A DNA stretch of 64,000 nucleotides from Camelus dromedarius (lineage: Eukaryota), in assembly GCF_036321535.1 (NCBI RefSeq), contig NC_087437.1, forward strand, positions 13,580,001 to 13,644,000, read 5' to 3'. The notes under the pieces were generated by a model, which ran no database searches, had not been told where the DNA came from, and saw only the letters and a list, made by a program, of their open reading frames with translations. The translations under genes were made by a program, and so were the position numbers. Position 1 is the stretch's first letter. Each line of letters begins with the position of its first letter. Below, piece after piece: positions 14,050-27,769 of the stretch.

Positions 14050-15110
14050 AGGAATTGCAGCTCTACTCCATGGTGAAAATGAAGGCTAAATGAAGGAACT
14101 GGTATTTCAAAAGGGTCTTAAAGGATGACTAGGCTTTAAGAGGTGAAATAGGGTTACAAAATATGTTTTAGAAAATAAAAATACCTTGAATTTAAAATGT
14201 GCTTGAAAAGCAGCAAGTAAATAACTTTGGCAGCAATGGAACAACCACAAAGACAACTGAGAATGTGAGTAAGGGTTTGAGTCTAGAATAAATAGAAAGA
14301 TCAGAAAGGAATCTGGTTGTAGTCTTTAGGTTTTTTAGCAACTGAGATATACAGATAGCAGAGTATTTTAAGAGGTGTGTCTTTCAGTGATATGCAAAAT
14401 GGATTGGAAATGTGAACCCTACAAATCAGAAGACCAAGTACAGAACTATCATTACAGCATGGAAGTAGGTAAGTAGGACTTCTTTGAGGGCTGGCAGGAA
14501 GAATATGGGAAGCATTGGCTAATAAGAATTTCAGAAGACCTAGACTGCCATTCCTGTTCAGCACCATGAACAGTACTTGAGCCACAGGATGCATGTACTA
14601 CTGTTGCTTTGTTGAGCTAAAGAGGAGAATCAGAATTTCAATAAGGATTGGGATATGAGAAAAGTTAAAAGCACCCAAAATCTTATCATAAGTTAGAAAA
14701 ATCAGGTCTGAAATGAGGGCAAAATTGGCTCTGTTTTAGACAAGGTCAAAGTCACACTTATTTGAAACATGGCATTAAGAGAAAAGACAGGGATGGAAGA
14801 TTCATCCATTGACTCTCAAGAGTCATTGGATGAAGTTTCAGTGTTTAGGACACAACATTTCCAAGGGAATGAATATAGGGGAAAGAGTAATGCTGAGAAA
14901 AACAGAATGCCAACAGGAAAGGTAAGATGAAGGCAAGGACTCATCAGCAGGGAGTCTGGGAAGCACAAGGGCAATGACACAGAGCTGCCGGAATCCATAA
15001 GGGAAAGGTCTCAGGAACATCAACTACAATTTGTAGGGATCCTGAGGCCTCTGGCTAGGGTGGCTAGAAGATTATTTTCTCAGTGTGGCAAGGGTTTAAA
15101 CTGAGTTAGA
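14050..15110 (+). mobile_element. Degenerate L2 LINE
   Basis: Purine-rich L2-like motifs (gggtcttaaaggatgactagg; ggatgaagtttcag..agggaatgaatatag). Confidence 0.45.
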
Positions 15111-15159
15111 GTGGCTTAGGGCAAGTCATATTATACACTCTCTTTAAATATAAGTCCCA

Positions 15160-15212
15160 TATATATTATATACATATATATGTATGTGTGTGTATATGTA
15201 TATATATATATA
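15160..15212. repeat. (TA)n/(TG)n microsatellite
   Basis: Direct read. Confidence 0.9.
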
Positions 15213-15242
15213 TGGTTTCAGCTTATCAGCTACTCGAATTTT

Positions 15243-15768
15243 ATGGAGGAGGCGGGAATATGCCTCTTTGGCATATTGATTTTCTTAAATTAGTTATTTT
15301 TAAGAAACAGAGCATAGGAGAAGTTCTGAAAACTCAGTGAAGTTACCTTTTGTAAGAGACATTTACACTTATAAGGGAAATCTCCGCTTGTAAAAGTGTG
15401 TCCCTCTCTGCATCAGGAATAGAAGGATGACTCTAAATCTCTAGATAATTTTATTAATGGAAAAGGTAACACTTAGACCTGCATAACAACCTGTCCCTTG
15501 TTTACTGTGCTTTTCTTGGAAACCTCCCAGACCTGCTCCCTCCCACACCCCCAATATGTTCTTTTGCCTTTAGCTGGAGATGGTATTTAAGGTGCTGGTT
15601 TGGGTCATTTAAAGGAGTTATTCAATTTTCCTTGGTACCTCCCATGTATACAGGAGGAATGTATATTATTAAACTTGTTTGTTTTTCCCCTATTACTGCC
15701 TTTTATTACAAGGAATGTCTCAACCAGGAGCCTAAAATGATGGGGAAAATTGTTTTGCCTCCCCCACC
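15243..15768 (+). mobile_element. Solo ERV1 LTR (MER34-like)
   Basis: tatgcctctttggcatattgatt..gaagttaccttttgtaagagacatttacac..attaaacttgtttgtttttcc..cctccccca. Confidence 0.75.
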
Positions 15769-15914
15769 AAAGTTAGAAAGCAAAGGGAGAAGTGGAGCCT
15801 CCGTTTTCATGTTTGTTGTAACCTTCTTACATTTTATTTCTTGCACTTCTTCCTTGTTCTCTCAGCTACTGAATTTATCCTGAATGACTGACAGGAGTAA
15901 GTCAAAGTTACCCT

Positions 15915-16505
15915 TTTATTAGCAGATAGAGCAACCTCTAAATCAGGAAGCCCATCAAAGTGTGGGTCCTTGCCATTGGCTGAGAAAGATTCACAGCAGA
16001 GGCAGAGGGACAAGGTGAAAAGCTGCTTTATTGCTTGGGGGGAGAGAAAATGCAAGAAAGTGCTTGAGTGGTAAAAAGGAAAGAGAAATGCTTGAGCAGG
16101 GAGCTGTCAATCAAGATGGTCAATGGAGACATCTTCAACTCTGGGTCAGGCCAATTGGACTTTGATTAGAAGCTTCTGCCATCATGTCCTCCTTCTGGGT
16201 GTGGTGGAGCCAATCACCTCTTTTTCCTATCTTTCTGTGGGCTTTTCCAGTTGCTGTCACAGCAACTGTCAACTGGAATGGCACTGGTGGGTGTGTCATT
16301 TAGCATGCTAATGCACTACAATAAGCATGGTAATAAGACCCAAGGTCCACTGGAATTCAAATTCTCCATCATCTTGGGTCTAGTTGGTTCCAACCAGTTC
16401 TTCTTTCTTCTTTTTGTGGCTGCTCTTGAGATTTAGATAAGAGTAACTGGTTTCTACTCAATAGAGGGGAAGGGGTATGACCCTGGGGGCCATAACTTAG
16501 TAACA
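15915..16505 (-). mobile_element. Solo ERV LTR
   Basis: Minus strand starts TGTTA and has AATAAA at about 16030. Shares motifs with the LTR at 18.45-19.08 kb. Confidence 0.7.
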
Positions 16506-16944
16506 GTTTGTAAAGTTACTGAAGGGGAGGCTAGAGAAGAGACCTGATCATCATGCAGTTAGCTTTTTCCCTCTGGTTGCAGTTACAGTATTTGTAAAGG
16601 GACTCAGGAATATTTATCAGAGAGTCTGTGACTATTGTCCTAGTGCTTAATCCTGCTCTTTTATGGCTCAGGAAGATCTGGGAGACTTCAACTTTTCTAT
16701 AAATAAGAGGCAGGATTGTGTCAGGGAGGGACACACAGTGTCCTACTCAGTATCTTCAGTGTCACTTTCCTTAACTAAACTCTCTACCCACAATCCTGAG
16801 TGGGCTCTCTGGGACTTACAAGTTGATCTTCTCTATCTGTGCTTCCTTTTCAATGATAGAAAATGTTCAGCCTTTCCTAACCTCACCATACCCTTATAGC
16901 TCTTTAGTGAGGGTTGTATGATAAACAACATTCATTATTCAGTG

Positions 16945-17130
16945 CCTTTGAAGTCAAACAAAATGGAACTTAAAGCTTGGCCCTACCACTTACAGGTTGT
17001 TTAACTCTGGACTAACTAGCAAGTTAATTTCTCTGAGATTCAGCTTTGTTCATCTTCACAGTGAGGAAAATAATGCCTTCCTTAAATGTATTTCAAAGAT
17101 TAAGTCAGATGAAATCAATGTAAAGTGGTA
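16945..17130 (+). mobile_element. MIR SINE
   Basis: ccctaccacttac..gcaagttaatttctctgagattcagctttgttcatct. Confidence 0.7.
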
Positions 17131-17297
17131 AACTCCTTGTCACATTGCAGAGAAGACTTTATTATGTGTCAGCATATGACTCATTTTGTACAGGTCAGCC
17201 TCTGCCTGCTGCAGCCTGCCATAGTTAGCTATAATAGTCACTGGACATGTGCAGGCAGCATTCTGTCCACTCTTGGAATTAACTTGCATCTAACTAG

Positions 17298-17793
17298 TGT
17301 CAATCAAGAAATGCAGAAGCCTGCAAATAAGAAAAGAGTTTATTTAGGGTCTTGGGAATTGCAATTTGGGAGACACAATGATTCAGGTAAAACCCAAAGA
17401 GTGTTTCAGGAAAGAGAATGAGTCAGGGGCTTATAAAAGCAAAAGCCCCAAAATTGTTAAAGTTGTCTGGCAAGAATTATGATTGACTCTGATGCAAGAA
17501 AGGAAATATATATACTTAAGGGATAGGTTGTCATGAGTGATTTAGGGTAAATGTCCAACAAGTAGATAGGTTGTCATGAGTTTTTTTATAGTAAGGGCCT
17601 GAAAAGTATCTCGAGTTTCTGGAACATTGGGCAAATATTCTGGGTGTCTTTGTGAAGAGAGTATGCGGTCAAAGTTCAGCTTTCATACAGGCTAAGCTGT
17701 GCATAAGTCACACTTCCTTAATGGCTTCCCGGCTCCATTTTATAGAGTGTTCTTAGAAATGATGACTTCATTTTGATCTCTTTTTTTTTCACA
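17298..17793 (-). mobile_element. Solo ERV1-type LTR
   Basis: TG..CA ends, minus-strand AATAAA (tttatt at about 17340), ggctccatttt motif. Confidence 0.7.
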
Positions 17794-18454
17794 CTGGAGA
17801 CAAACCTAAAAGGCCACTAGTAGAATCCTCTTCCCTTGAAGGTAGCATCTGGAAAGAGTTGTTGACAACTTCCCTAGCAGTGTCCGGTCACCTGGAGGTG
17901 AACAGAATTGAGTGTCTCATTCACAGACATCCCGCCAACATTCCCTTCTCCCCTAGGACCTGGCCACTTGATTTTCCAATTAGTTTCACCACCTCTTAGT
18001 TCAGAAAATGGTCTTTTTCTGCAAACACTCCTCCTTTTTAATTTTTCTCCCTTTTTCTAGATACATTCCCATGCTCCCAGACTTGCCTAGCAGGCTTTAA
18101 CATCGCCTACATTGCTGATGCTTAACTTAGTAGCAGCTCGTCAAAGACAATAAACGTTTTTGAGCACCTACTGCATACTCAGAACACCCTTCCAGGCCTT
18201 CCTTTTAGAAGGTTGAGGTTACTCTTAGCCACTCATGCAACATCCTCCACTCGCCTTCATTACTCCCCTGCACTATGCAAACATATTTTTGTCTCCTCTG
18301 GGGGAGCCTGCTGTACATGTGCACACAGACACACACATACCACAAAGCGGTGTGCACAAACAGGCATCATCAGTGAGAAGTCCTGCAAGTGGAGACATGC
18401 ATCAGCATTCCACTCACTTCCATCCCAAGGTGATACAGGAAAAAGGAATGTGGG

Positions 18455-19080
18455 GTGAGAGGAGGGCCGTGTCCCAGGTCTCAGTTGAGTCCCTGGGATG
18501 TGCCCCACCAAGTGTGGGTCCTTGGCTTGGCACAGGAAAGAATTCAAGAGTGAGCCACAGGGGAGTAAAGATAGATTTATTTAGAGAGATACATACTGCA
18601 TAGAAAGAGTGCAGGCTGTTTCAGAGGGCAAGAGAAAGGCCACGAGGTGTGAGGGACGGGTGCTCAATAGACATACACTCCATAGGCAGAGTGCGAGCCG
18701 TCTCAGAAGAGGAGGGAACAAGACGCCACCAGGCGCAGTGCTGTTAGTTTCTATGGGCTCTGTAGCTTATAAGCTAACAAGTGGGAGGATTGTTCCATCT
18801 ACTTTTGGGGGGAGGGGCTGGGATTCCCAGGAATTGGGACACCGCCCACTCTTTGACCTTTTATCATCAACCTCGGAATTGTCATGGCACCTGTGGAAGT
18901 GCCATTTCCCATGCTAATACATTACAGTGAGTGTATAATGAAGCTCAAGGTCTACTGGAAGTCAAATCTCCCACCGTCTTGGGTCTCAGGGTCTGTTGGG
19001 AGTTGAATCTTCCACATTTTGGTGTTAATTGCTGTGTCATTCTCTGATGGCCATGCCCTGCCCCTTTCCCTCCTGTCTCA
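18455..19080 (-). mobile_element. Solo ERV LTR (younger, CpG-retaining)
   Basis: tgagag..tgtctca ends; aagtgtgggtccttgg, catgctaat and caaggtctactggaagtcaaat motifs. Confidence 0.75.
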
Positions 19081-20599
19081 AAGGGTCCTCAAGTCAGTAT
19101 AGGTAAGTCCAGATACACAGAACAGAAGGAACCTTTTCTATGACATCAATATTTGACCACGAGTAAGAACAGCCACACACAAGGTGCTCCTGCTGGGTGA
19201 TACACTCAGTCACTAATGCCTGACAGCATGAGATGCTGCAGCTCAGACTCAGCTCATGGACCTCTGACTCCCAACCCTCTGTCTCTTGATAATTCACCTC
19301 TCTTTCACATTATTGAACTCAGAGGTTGCAAATTAAACTGGATGTTCAATCCAGCCAGCAGATGGCTGGGAGGTTATAATAATAGGTTTTGAATTAGTTG
19401 CTAAACAGAGGAGGATTAAACACCAAACTCTGAAATCCCAGATTCCCTCCTCAGTCATTTCAGCCTGCCTAGCCCTGGGATGCCTGGGACCTTGACGCCT
19501 CAGTATCACACCAGGCGGCTCCTTACAGACAGCTACTCTTAAAAGAATAAATAAAAATAAACATATTTCAAAAAGACAGCTATTCTTTTACGTACCCTCA
19601 CTGCAAGTGCTGGGAATTCCCAAACAAGTCCCCTTCCCAGCAGTCCTCTTTTTGGCTGAGACTTCCTTTGGCTGGCAACCCTCCACAAAACATTTATCAC
19701 ACATAATTCCCCATTTTCCCCACATCCCATAGACCCACCTGGCCTTTTCGTCAGAGCATGACAAAGAAGGTAGGAGGCAGTCGGTAGGGCTTTTACAGGA
19801 AGCGGAGCCAGAGGGAGCCAGGTCTATCTGCTCCAAACTGCTTCATTAAATTATTCATTTAACAACTTTTGCCAAGACCCTGTTGCTGCCTAATTACTTG
19901 CTTGCTTTCTTCTTTCTCTTTTCAACTTTCTTTTAATTGAAAATCCAAGCCAGGCTTGTCATTGTCTGGGAAGTTGGATCACTTGGAGACAGCTTCTGAC
20001 TCTGTCTCATTAGGTGTCCAGCCACTGAAAAATGTATGATGGTTGGAGAAATGGATGTAGGAGCAAACAAAAGCGAAAAAGCGGATTTACCAACAATCTC
20101 TAATCAGGGAAACAACACTTTGAACCACAACTCGGTTTTCTATTTAACAAGCAAAGCAATGAACTGCAGTCACACAAATGAACTGGGAGTCTAAGAGTGA
20201 TTTCTGGTAAATGATGGTTGGAGTCAGTTATAGAGAAAACAAACAGCAGGGGTGGACACAGCCCGAGACACCATTGTTGCCTTAAAGGGATTTGAGACCC
20301 AATGGGGAGTCTAAAATCTATGCCTGAAGAACAGGGAAATGGGGCCCATCTGAGCCATCAAATCAGAAATAGGAACTCAGTGTTTAGTAGCGGAAAGAAG
20401 ACTTTGCATTTTATCCAAGATCTTGGGTTTCAGGCTGGATTCTCAAGATGCCCAGAGCTGGTGGAAGTGCCAGAAAGGGTCAAACAGACACACTTCAGAT
20501 CCTACAGCCACATTCCATGCTTTCCATGTTGGGTTGCAGAAAATATTTTCTTCAAAATATTTCATTTAATAGGAATAGTATTTCACTACTAATAAATGC

Positions 20600-20832
20600 T
20601 AAATATTAGTACTATATTTAATATTATATTTTACTTACATTTATATATAAAATATTATTTCAAAATTTAATCAACATAAAAATGTGACTGAGATATCTTA
20701 CATTCTTTATTTGGTGTTAAGTCTTCAAAATCTGGTTGTATATAATAATCACAGCCCTTTGGACTAGCCATGTTTCAAGCACTCAGTAGCCACACATAGC
20801 TAACTGTTGCCATATGTGACTGCACAGGTCTA
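20600..20832. mobile_element. hAT-Charlie MER33/MER3-like
   Basis: ggactagccatgtttcaagcactcagtagccacacatagcta. Confidence 0.75.
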
Positions 20833-21594
20833 CAGCATGTATCTTTTCTTTCATATTGTCTCTACATTATGGCAGAGCACCCAACTTTATCTTCCAACAC
20901 TCCCACTGAATGTTTTATTTCTGCAATCGCTTAGAACTCCTAAGAACTTTTTCCTTCTCTTATTATCTTCCAGTGAAAAAATAAAAATAGTGGAAACTAT
21001 CTAGTTCTTATTTAACAAATGCAATACCTTCCCACATCTCTGCACACTAATAAAAGATGTTGTTGTTGTATTGTTTCACTTTAGGTCTCTTCTGTTCCAG
21101 TTTCCTTTCCTCTGGAGTCAGTTTTTGCCTTTGTTTACGCTGGCCTTCTTAGGACTGGTGATCTCTGTATAATCCTTTTTAAGAGTCAGGGACTCTTGAT
21201 TAACCCAGGGAGGAGATGCAGGTTTCTTCTGTTTGGCACACACAAGTGGTCAGGAGGTTGGCTGCGAGGCTAAGGAACAAGAAGAGGTTTTAAGGGGACT
21301 CTACCATGTCATTGGCAGCCTTAATTCCCCAACGGTTTTTAGTTGGTTTAGAGATGAGTCCTGTGGGCTTTGGCTGGGGCAAAATGCTACACTGCCTGTC
21401 TTTGTGATGGAGCATATGTGTTAGGGTACCTTTTCTAAGTTAGGACTTTCTACTAACCAGCCTCTAAACACACACAATTCGCTCCTCTCCTGATTTTGAG
21501 CCCCTAAGTATCTTTCTACATGGATGACTTCTGCTTATCCACCGATGAGCTAGTCACCACGCCCCTCACACTGTTTGTTCACTATTACAAGCTA

Positions 21595-21875
21595 TTGTGT
21601 TTTGGGTCCCTGGAAGGAACATCTGAGATGGCAATTCTTGTGCAAGTGACTTACTGGGAGAGGGTTTTCTGGAGAGGGGTGTTAGGGAAGGACAAGGAGC
21701 TACACAAATTAGAGTGTGGTCTCAGCAGGAGCCTGGCTCCAGCCTGATACCCCAGGGTGCTCTGGAGCGGGAATTTCCCAGAGCAGTTGTGAGCCTTTAA
21801 CACACTCACAGCAGCTGGGAGGAAAGTGCACCTCCAGTTAAAGTGATTTGGGTGGGCCATCAACAGCTTCCACAC
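21595..21875. mobile_element. Old MLT1 (MaLR) LTR fragment
   Basis: ctgagatggcaattcttgtgcaagtgacttactgggagagggtt. Confidence 0.55.
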
Positions 21876-22782
21876 TATGAGACTGCTCCATTAAAAAAAA
21901 AATTCTTTTTTGTTATTTCAATGTATTCTTAGGAGCAAAGGGAGATAGACACATGTGTTCAGTATTCTCCTTGAACTAACAGTCCTTTAATACTGTTTTG
22001 GAAAGCTTTGTTCTTCCCAAGAAAAAAAAAATCCCTGAATAGTATGCACCAGAATGTTAGGGGAAAATATTTAAATTTCAAAATACTCCAATTTTTCTAG
22101 AAAAGAAAGTAATTTCAGGACAGAATAAAAAGTTTATTGATTCCTAGTAGCAACAGCCCTTCTCCAATATATAATGTCATTTAATACCACGCCATTGTCT
22201 TTATTTATTCTTAACAGATGAGCAATCTGAGACTCAGTAAGCATCTGGCTCAAAATTGTGTGGCACATAATAGAAGAGGGACTTTCATCCTGTACCCTCT
22301 ATCCTATCTGACATCATACCATCAGTCTCTCTGCAATGAGCAACTGTACTTTGGTTTAGTAACAGTTATGTGCACTGATATTCCCATAGAGGAGAAGCTG
22401 TCTCTTTGACCTTGGAATTGTCCATCTCTATGATCCCATTTTATTTTAAAAAGGACAACAGGAATAATCCTCATCCTAGGTCACATGCTGTTCAATTACT
22501 AATAATCTTTTATTTAGCTGTCTAAACAATCTATGACTTACCAGTTTTTATGCCATAATATTTCAAATTCTAAAACCCTAACTTGCCTAGAGGAAGCCAG
22601 ATAGTGAATACTGGAGCTAAAATTTTAATCCCAGTCTTTCTACTCCCAAACTGTTGCTGTTTACTAACAATCAAGCAGATAGTAATTCAAGAGATTGAAA
22701 ACCCCATTGGTATTTGATGAGTCTAATTAAGCACAGACACAACACCAAATTCAATGTTTATTACTTTTTTTAATTTCAAGTT

Positions 22783-23758
22783 TTATAATTGACAGAATAA
22801 TGCCAATTGAAACTGCTTGAAGTCTATACTTGTCATCAGGGTACTGTTCTTGGAAGTTATCTATAGTCTGTTAGCATGACAGATGGGAATGCAACAACTG
22901 TCATCTATCTTCCAGGGCACTGACAATGGGGATAAGCAGTAAGATTTTCTATTTCCTTTCTGTGCCCATTTTCCTATTAGCAAACATAATTTATCTACCC
23001 CCACCATGCTTCACTCTATCCCATGTAAATCAACCTCATCAAACACTCCCATTAATCTTTCATCAACCCTGGAAAGATCTCCATTAGTAGATGATATGAG
23101 ATTGTTTTTAATATAGTCTTATTTGGGGCATATTGCTGATAAGATATTCTCCTCCAGGAATTACCTTGGTAAATGGTTACCCAAATTCTTTTATTTGCAC
23201 CTGTTTCCAAATAAAGTCAGTGCAGAAAATGAACAAAAACTTTTGCATCTTTCCTAGACTTTAGACATGGATGTCTTTCAGAATGTATCAATGGCAGTTT
23301 TCACAAGCCCATGAGGACTTAACCCTCCTTACAGTCTTTGTGATGAATATGTTTGCTACAGGATTGGATCTCTAAGTGATTTTTAAATCCTAGGAGGAGA
23401 TTAAAAAGTCTCCCAAAATAAAATAATAGTTTCTGGGTTTTAGTAGATCAGAACACTTGTTCCAGAGAATGACATAAAAAATGATACATTGCTATCCCTC
23501 AGCAAATTTCAGTGATGGCATCGGAAGAGCAAAGATTGACTGAAATCTGCTGTCGTGCTAGGGCAATCTGACCTAATGGAGAGATTACTATTTTCTGTAT
23601 GCAGGGAGTTCAGAAATTGGTGTGGGTGCCACTTTTCAGTTAGCAGAACATAATAGTCGTTGAACCAAGAGATGCTCTGGGGTTTCTGGAGGTTCCTGTT
23701 GTCATTTTCTTTCACAAGAAAGTTCCAAGATTACATATAAGTAATGCTAGTAAGTTTC
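22783..23758 (-). pseudogene. Terminal exon remnant
   Basis: ggcttttcccctcAG. Low-stop frames WNFLVKENDNRNLQKPQSISWFNDYYVLLTEKWHPHQFLNSLH.. and ..NNLISSTNGDLSRVDERLMGVFDEVDLHGIE*SMVGVDKLCLLIGKW..QFQLALFCQL*. AATAAA lies about 20 nt after the stop. Confidence 0.5.
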
Positions 23759-23894
23759 CTGAGGGGAAAAGCCATCAGAGGCAAACTGTCCTAGAACAGA
23801 CAGTGTGATCCCAAAGTGCTGTTCTCATTAAGCACCCTGACGCTTTCTGCAAGGACCTTTCTTCAACTGTGTACACTTCAGATATTAAAGAGTA

Positions 23895-24903
23895 AGGCCT
23901 ACCTACACGAAAACAAACATATGGATCAATGGAACAGAATAGGAAGCCCAGAAATAAAACCACACACCTATGGTCAATTAATCTTTGACAAAGGAGGCAA
24001 GAACATACAATGGAGAAAAGACAAGTCTCTTCAGCAAGTGATGCTGAGAAAGCTGGACAGCCACATGTAAATCAGTGACGTTAGAACACTCCCTCACACC
24101 ATACACAAAAATAAACTCAAATTGCTTAACGACTTAAATATAAGACAGGACACCTTAAAACTCCTAGAAGAGAACATAGGCAAAACATTCTCTGACGTAA
24201 ATCATAGCAATGTTTTCTTAGGTCAGTTACCCAAGACAAAAAAATAAATTAAAAAAAGCAAACAAATAAACAAACAAACAAACAAATGAGACAATCAAAC
24301 TCACAAGTTTTGCACAGCAAAGAATCCATAAACAAAGTGAAAAGACAACCTATGGAATGGGAGAAAATACTTGCAGATGATGAAACCAACAAGAGCTTAA
24401 TTTCCAAAGTGAACAAACAGCTCATACAGCTCAATTAAAAAAAATCCGGTCAAAAAATGGGCAGAACTAAATAGATGTTTCTCCAAAGAAGGCATACAGA
24501 TGGCCAGTAAGCACATGACAAGATGCTCAACACCACTAACGATTAGAGAAATGCAAATCAAAACTACAGTGAAGTATTGCCTCACACTGGTCAGAATGAC
24601 CATCATCAAAAAATCTGCAAATAATAAATCCTGCAGAGGGTGTGGGAAAAATAGAACCCTCCTACATCATTGATGGGAATGTAAATTGGTGCAGCCTCTA
24701 TGGAGAATAGGGTGGAAGTTCTCTAAAAACTAAAAATAGAGTTCCCATATGATCCAGCAATTGTACCCCTGGGAATATATCCAGAGAGAACTCTAATTCA
24801 AAAAGATACATGCACAGCAGCAGTATTTACAATAGCTAAGACATGGAAGTAACCTGTATTCATGGGCAGATGATTGGATAAAGAGGACATGATATATATA
24901 TAA
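23895..24903 (+). mobile_element. Lineage-specific L1 ORF2 C-terminal fragment
   Basis: Translates [32 protein letters not shown] (L1 ORF2). Confidence 0.92.
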
Positions 24904-24904
24904 T

Positions 24905-25760
24905 CTTTATTTCTGTAGAGAAGGCAGCAGAAATCAGAAGTCTATCTTATTTTTCTAATTTGGAGAAAGTCTGTCTTTTTCCTCTAGCTTTTTAAAACTA
25001 TTTTCTCTTTGCCTTTGTTCCCAGAAGTTTTACTATGATGTGCCTTTAGGTATGATTTACTTTCATTTATTTTGCTTGTGGTTCATTGTTTCTCTTTAAT
25101 CTGAAGCTTTTATTTTTATTTTTTTGCATTGGGAAAATCTTGACCATTATCTCTTCAATTATGACTTCTGGCCTCTCTCTCTCCGTTCCTGTTGGTGTTC
25201 CAACTGCGTGTCCCATGGGTCTCATAGACAGTTTTCTGACTTCCCATCACTTCACTTCTTTGTTTTTGCCTTCAATATTTTCTTTTGACTTATCTTCCAG
25301 GTAACAAATTTTCTTGTCAGCTACAAATCTTATATTAAACTCACTGCTTGAGTTTGCAATGTTCATTATTGCAGATTTTACTTATACAGTTTCCATTTGA
25401 TTATTTTATGCTGAGAAATGCCTTTTAATTCTGTGAGCATATTGATCATAATTATTTTTAAATCCACATCTGTTAACTTTATCATTTGAATCACTGTAGT
25501 TATTTTTTTCTTTTATTTTTCTCTTGATTTTTAGTCAACTCTTCTGTGTGCAACTGTTTTTTTTTATTATTATTGAGTTATGGAAGATATTTTAAATGTA
25601 CAGAGAAAATAAGACACTATGGCTATTGAGTTCCTCATGAGAGGATTTCCTTTTTCTTTTGGCAACTAGAGAAAGATGGCCATCAATCCTTCTCCAGGGT
25701 CATCTATTTCAGATTCATTCTTACTCCTAGGATAGAATCCTTTGGAATACCATGTAATCT
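24905..25760 (-). mobile_element. Old L1 ORF1-region fragment
   Basis: ttttactatgatgtgcc..gggaaaatcttgaccattatctcttcaa antisense L1 motifs. Confidence 0.65.
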
Positions 25761-26188
25761 ATTGGATGTTTCTGGTGTCCTTCCTCCTTGGTGTGTCCTG
25801 AAACTCTATTTTCATAGCTTCACCCCTGACAGATTGTCAAACTGCTCAGCTTAACTTTTCAGTACCCTTATTCAGCATAAAAAACCATTTTGAGACCTGT
25901 CAAATAATGGGTTTATTTTCAAAATTGTTAGTTGTTCTCAGCATGAGGAGCATTCCAAGGCAACCTAGTTTAGCATTCCTATAAAACGAACTCCCCTTTT
26001 AACCTTTTTTTTAAGTAACTTTTTTTTAAAATAACTTTCTTTTTACATAAAATTAAAGACCAAGCCTTGAATAAATCTAAAACTTGTGATGCATTTTAAG
26101 ATATTAAAATTCTTCAAAGAGCAAAAATAAATCTAAAATAATATCTTCCAGATGAGGGACCTCAATTAGTATAACACTTTTGGCTTAC

Positions 26189-26347
26189 TTCTCTGTCTTA
26201 TTCTATCGCAGGGGAGACTGAGTAATTCATCTGATCGATAAATTTGTGAAGAATCAGGTGGGCAATGCTCAGAAATTGCTTTACCTTTTTTCCTTGCGGA
26301 AGTTAACCTGCTCAAAGAAAGTGCACATCTCCCCTTGGTCATCCATG
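26189..26347 (-). pseudogene. Exon remnant
   Basis: tgtgtgaatttcAG ... GAA|GTAAGC; phase-2 start matches the upstream exon. MDDQGEMCTFFEQVNFRKEK, then a 1-bp slip in an A6 run, then KVKQFLSIAHLILHKFIDQMNYSVSPAIE*DRE. Confidence 0.58.
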
Positions 26348-27272
26348 CTGAAATTCACACATAGAGACACACTCTGGTCAAGTGGTGCTTGTGTCTAAGT
26401 GGGTAAATCAAGTTAGTTCTGGGATTAGGTATTAGGACATCAACTAAATTATGTCCCTCGATTCAAATTTTGTCAGAAACTAATGTAACATTTTAGTCTG
26501 ACTTCTATTTTTAACTTATTCAGAATTTGGGTACAGGGATACACACTATTTATTGGATCTCCTTAAAAATCCCAACATTAGAAAACCCAGTTTCCCACAT
26601 CCATACCAAACCAGGTTATTAGCACATTTTCAATTTATGCTAATTTTGTAGGTCAATAATAATATCTCATTACTTTAATATACCACTCTTTGATCACTAG
26701 GGCGATCTCACATCTTTTCAAATATTTAGTGAATACCTTTACTCATGCCATTCTCCATGTTACTACTGATATATACCATTTTTGTTATCGATATACAATA
26801 ATTCTTCATAATTAAAACTATGAACAGTCATATATTTCTATCGCAGTCTGGACTTCTAGATTAACTCAAATAGTGGAATAAGTTTAATTCAGCTTTTCCT
26901 AGGATACATTTATATTTCAACCATGACAGGGAGAGGCTTCAACAGGTATTACAGTCACCCATTTTAGAGGATACTCTGAGATGCTAATCTACTCTTCCTT
27001 CTCCTTCATCCACCAGGTTAGGCCATAGTTCAAAAGATATTATTGACAACACATTCACTACAATTCCCAACTAAGTCAAGAAACTCAATTCTGGTCTGTA
27101 AATTTATCCAACTCACATGAGCATGCATGAGAAACGAGGTACAGGTAATTGGTTTCATTTTTAAATTTATACCACCAAATTAAATAGGACTCCTTTAAAA
27201 ATCTCTGACACACAACGTACTCAAATTCATTAAAATTTTGCTGATGGGGTAGGGATAAAATTTTCTCTAGCC

Positions 27273-27765
27273 TTTCTTTTTTTTTAATAATTACTTTTTT
27301 AGTGACGTAGTCAGTTACAATGTGTTAATTTCTGGTGTACAGCACAGTGTCCCAGTCATGCATATACATACATACATTTGTTTTTATACATACATTTGTT
27401 TTTATATTCTTTGTCATTAAAGGTTATTACAAGATATTGAATATAGTTCTTGTGCTATATAGAAGAAACTTTTTTTAATCTGTTTTTTATATAGTGGCTA
27501 ACATTTGCAAATCTCAAACTCCCAAATTTATCCCTTCCCACCCCCTTTCCTCCAGTAGCCATAAAATTGTTAGTCTGTTTCTGCTTTGTAGATGAGTTCA
27601 TTAGTGTCCTCTTTTTTTTTTTTTCCTTCTTTTTTTTAGATTCCACATATGAGTGATATCATGTGGTATTTTTCTTTCTCTTTCTGGCTTACTTCACTTA
27701 GAATGACGATCTCCAAGTCCATCCATGTTGCTGCAAATGGCATTATTTTATTCTTTCTTATGGTT
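27273..27765 (-). mobile_element. Lineage-specific L1 3' end
   Basis: T-rich tail; gattccacatatgagtgatatc..ccatgttgctgcaaatggc. Confidence 0.9.
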
Positions 27766-27769
27766 TCAA

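Noticed and set aside
15915..19080. Two related LTRs as the ends of one provirus
   Set aside because: Too diverged, and the intervening DNA is MIR, another LTR and unique sequence rather than retroviral internal sequence.
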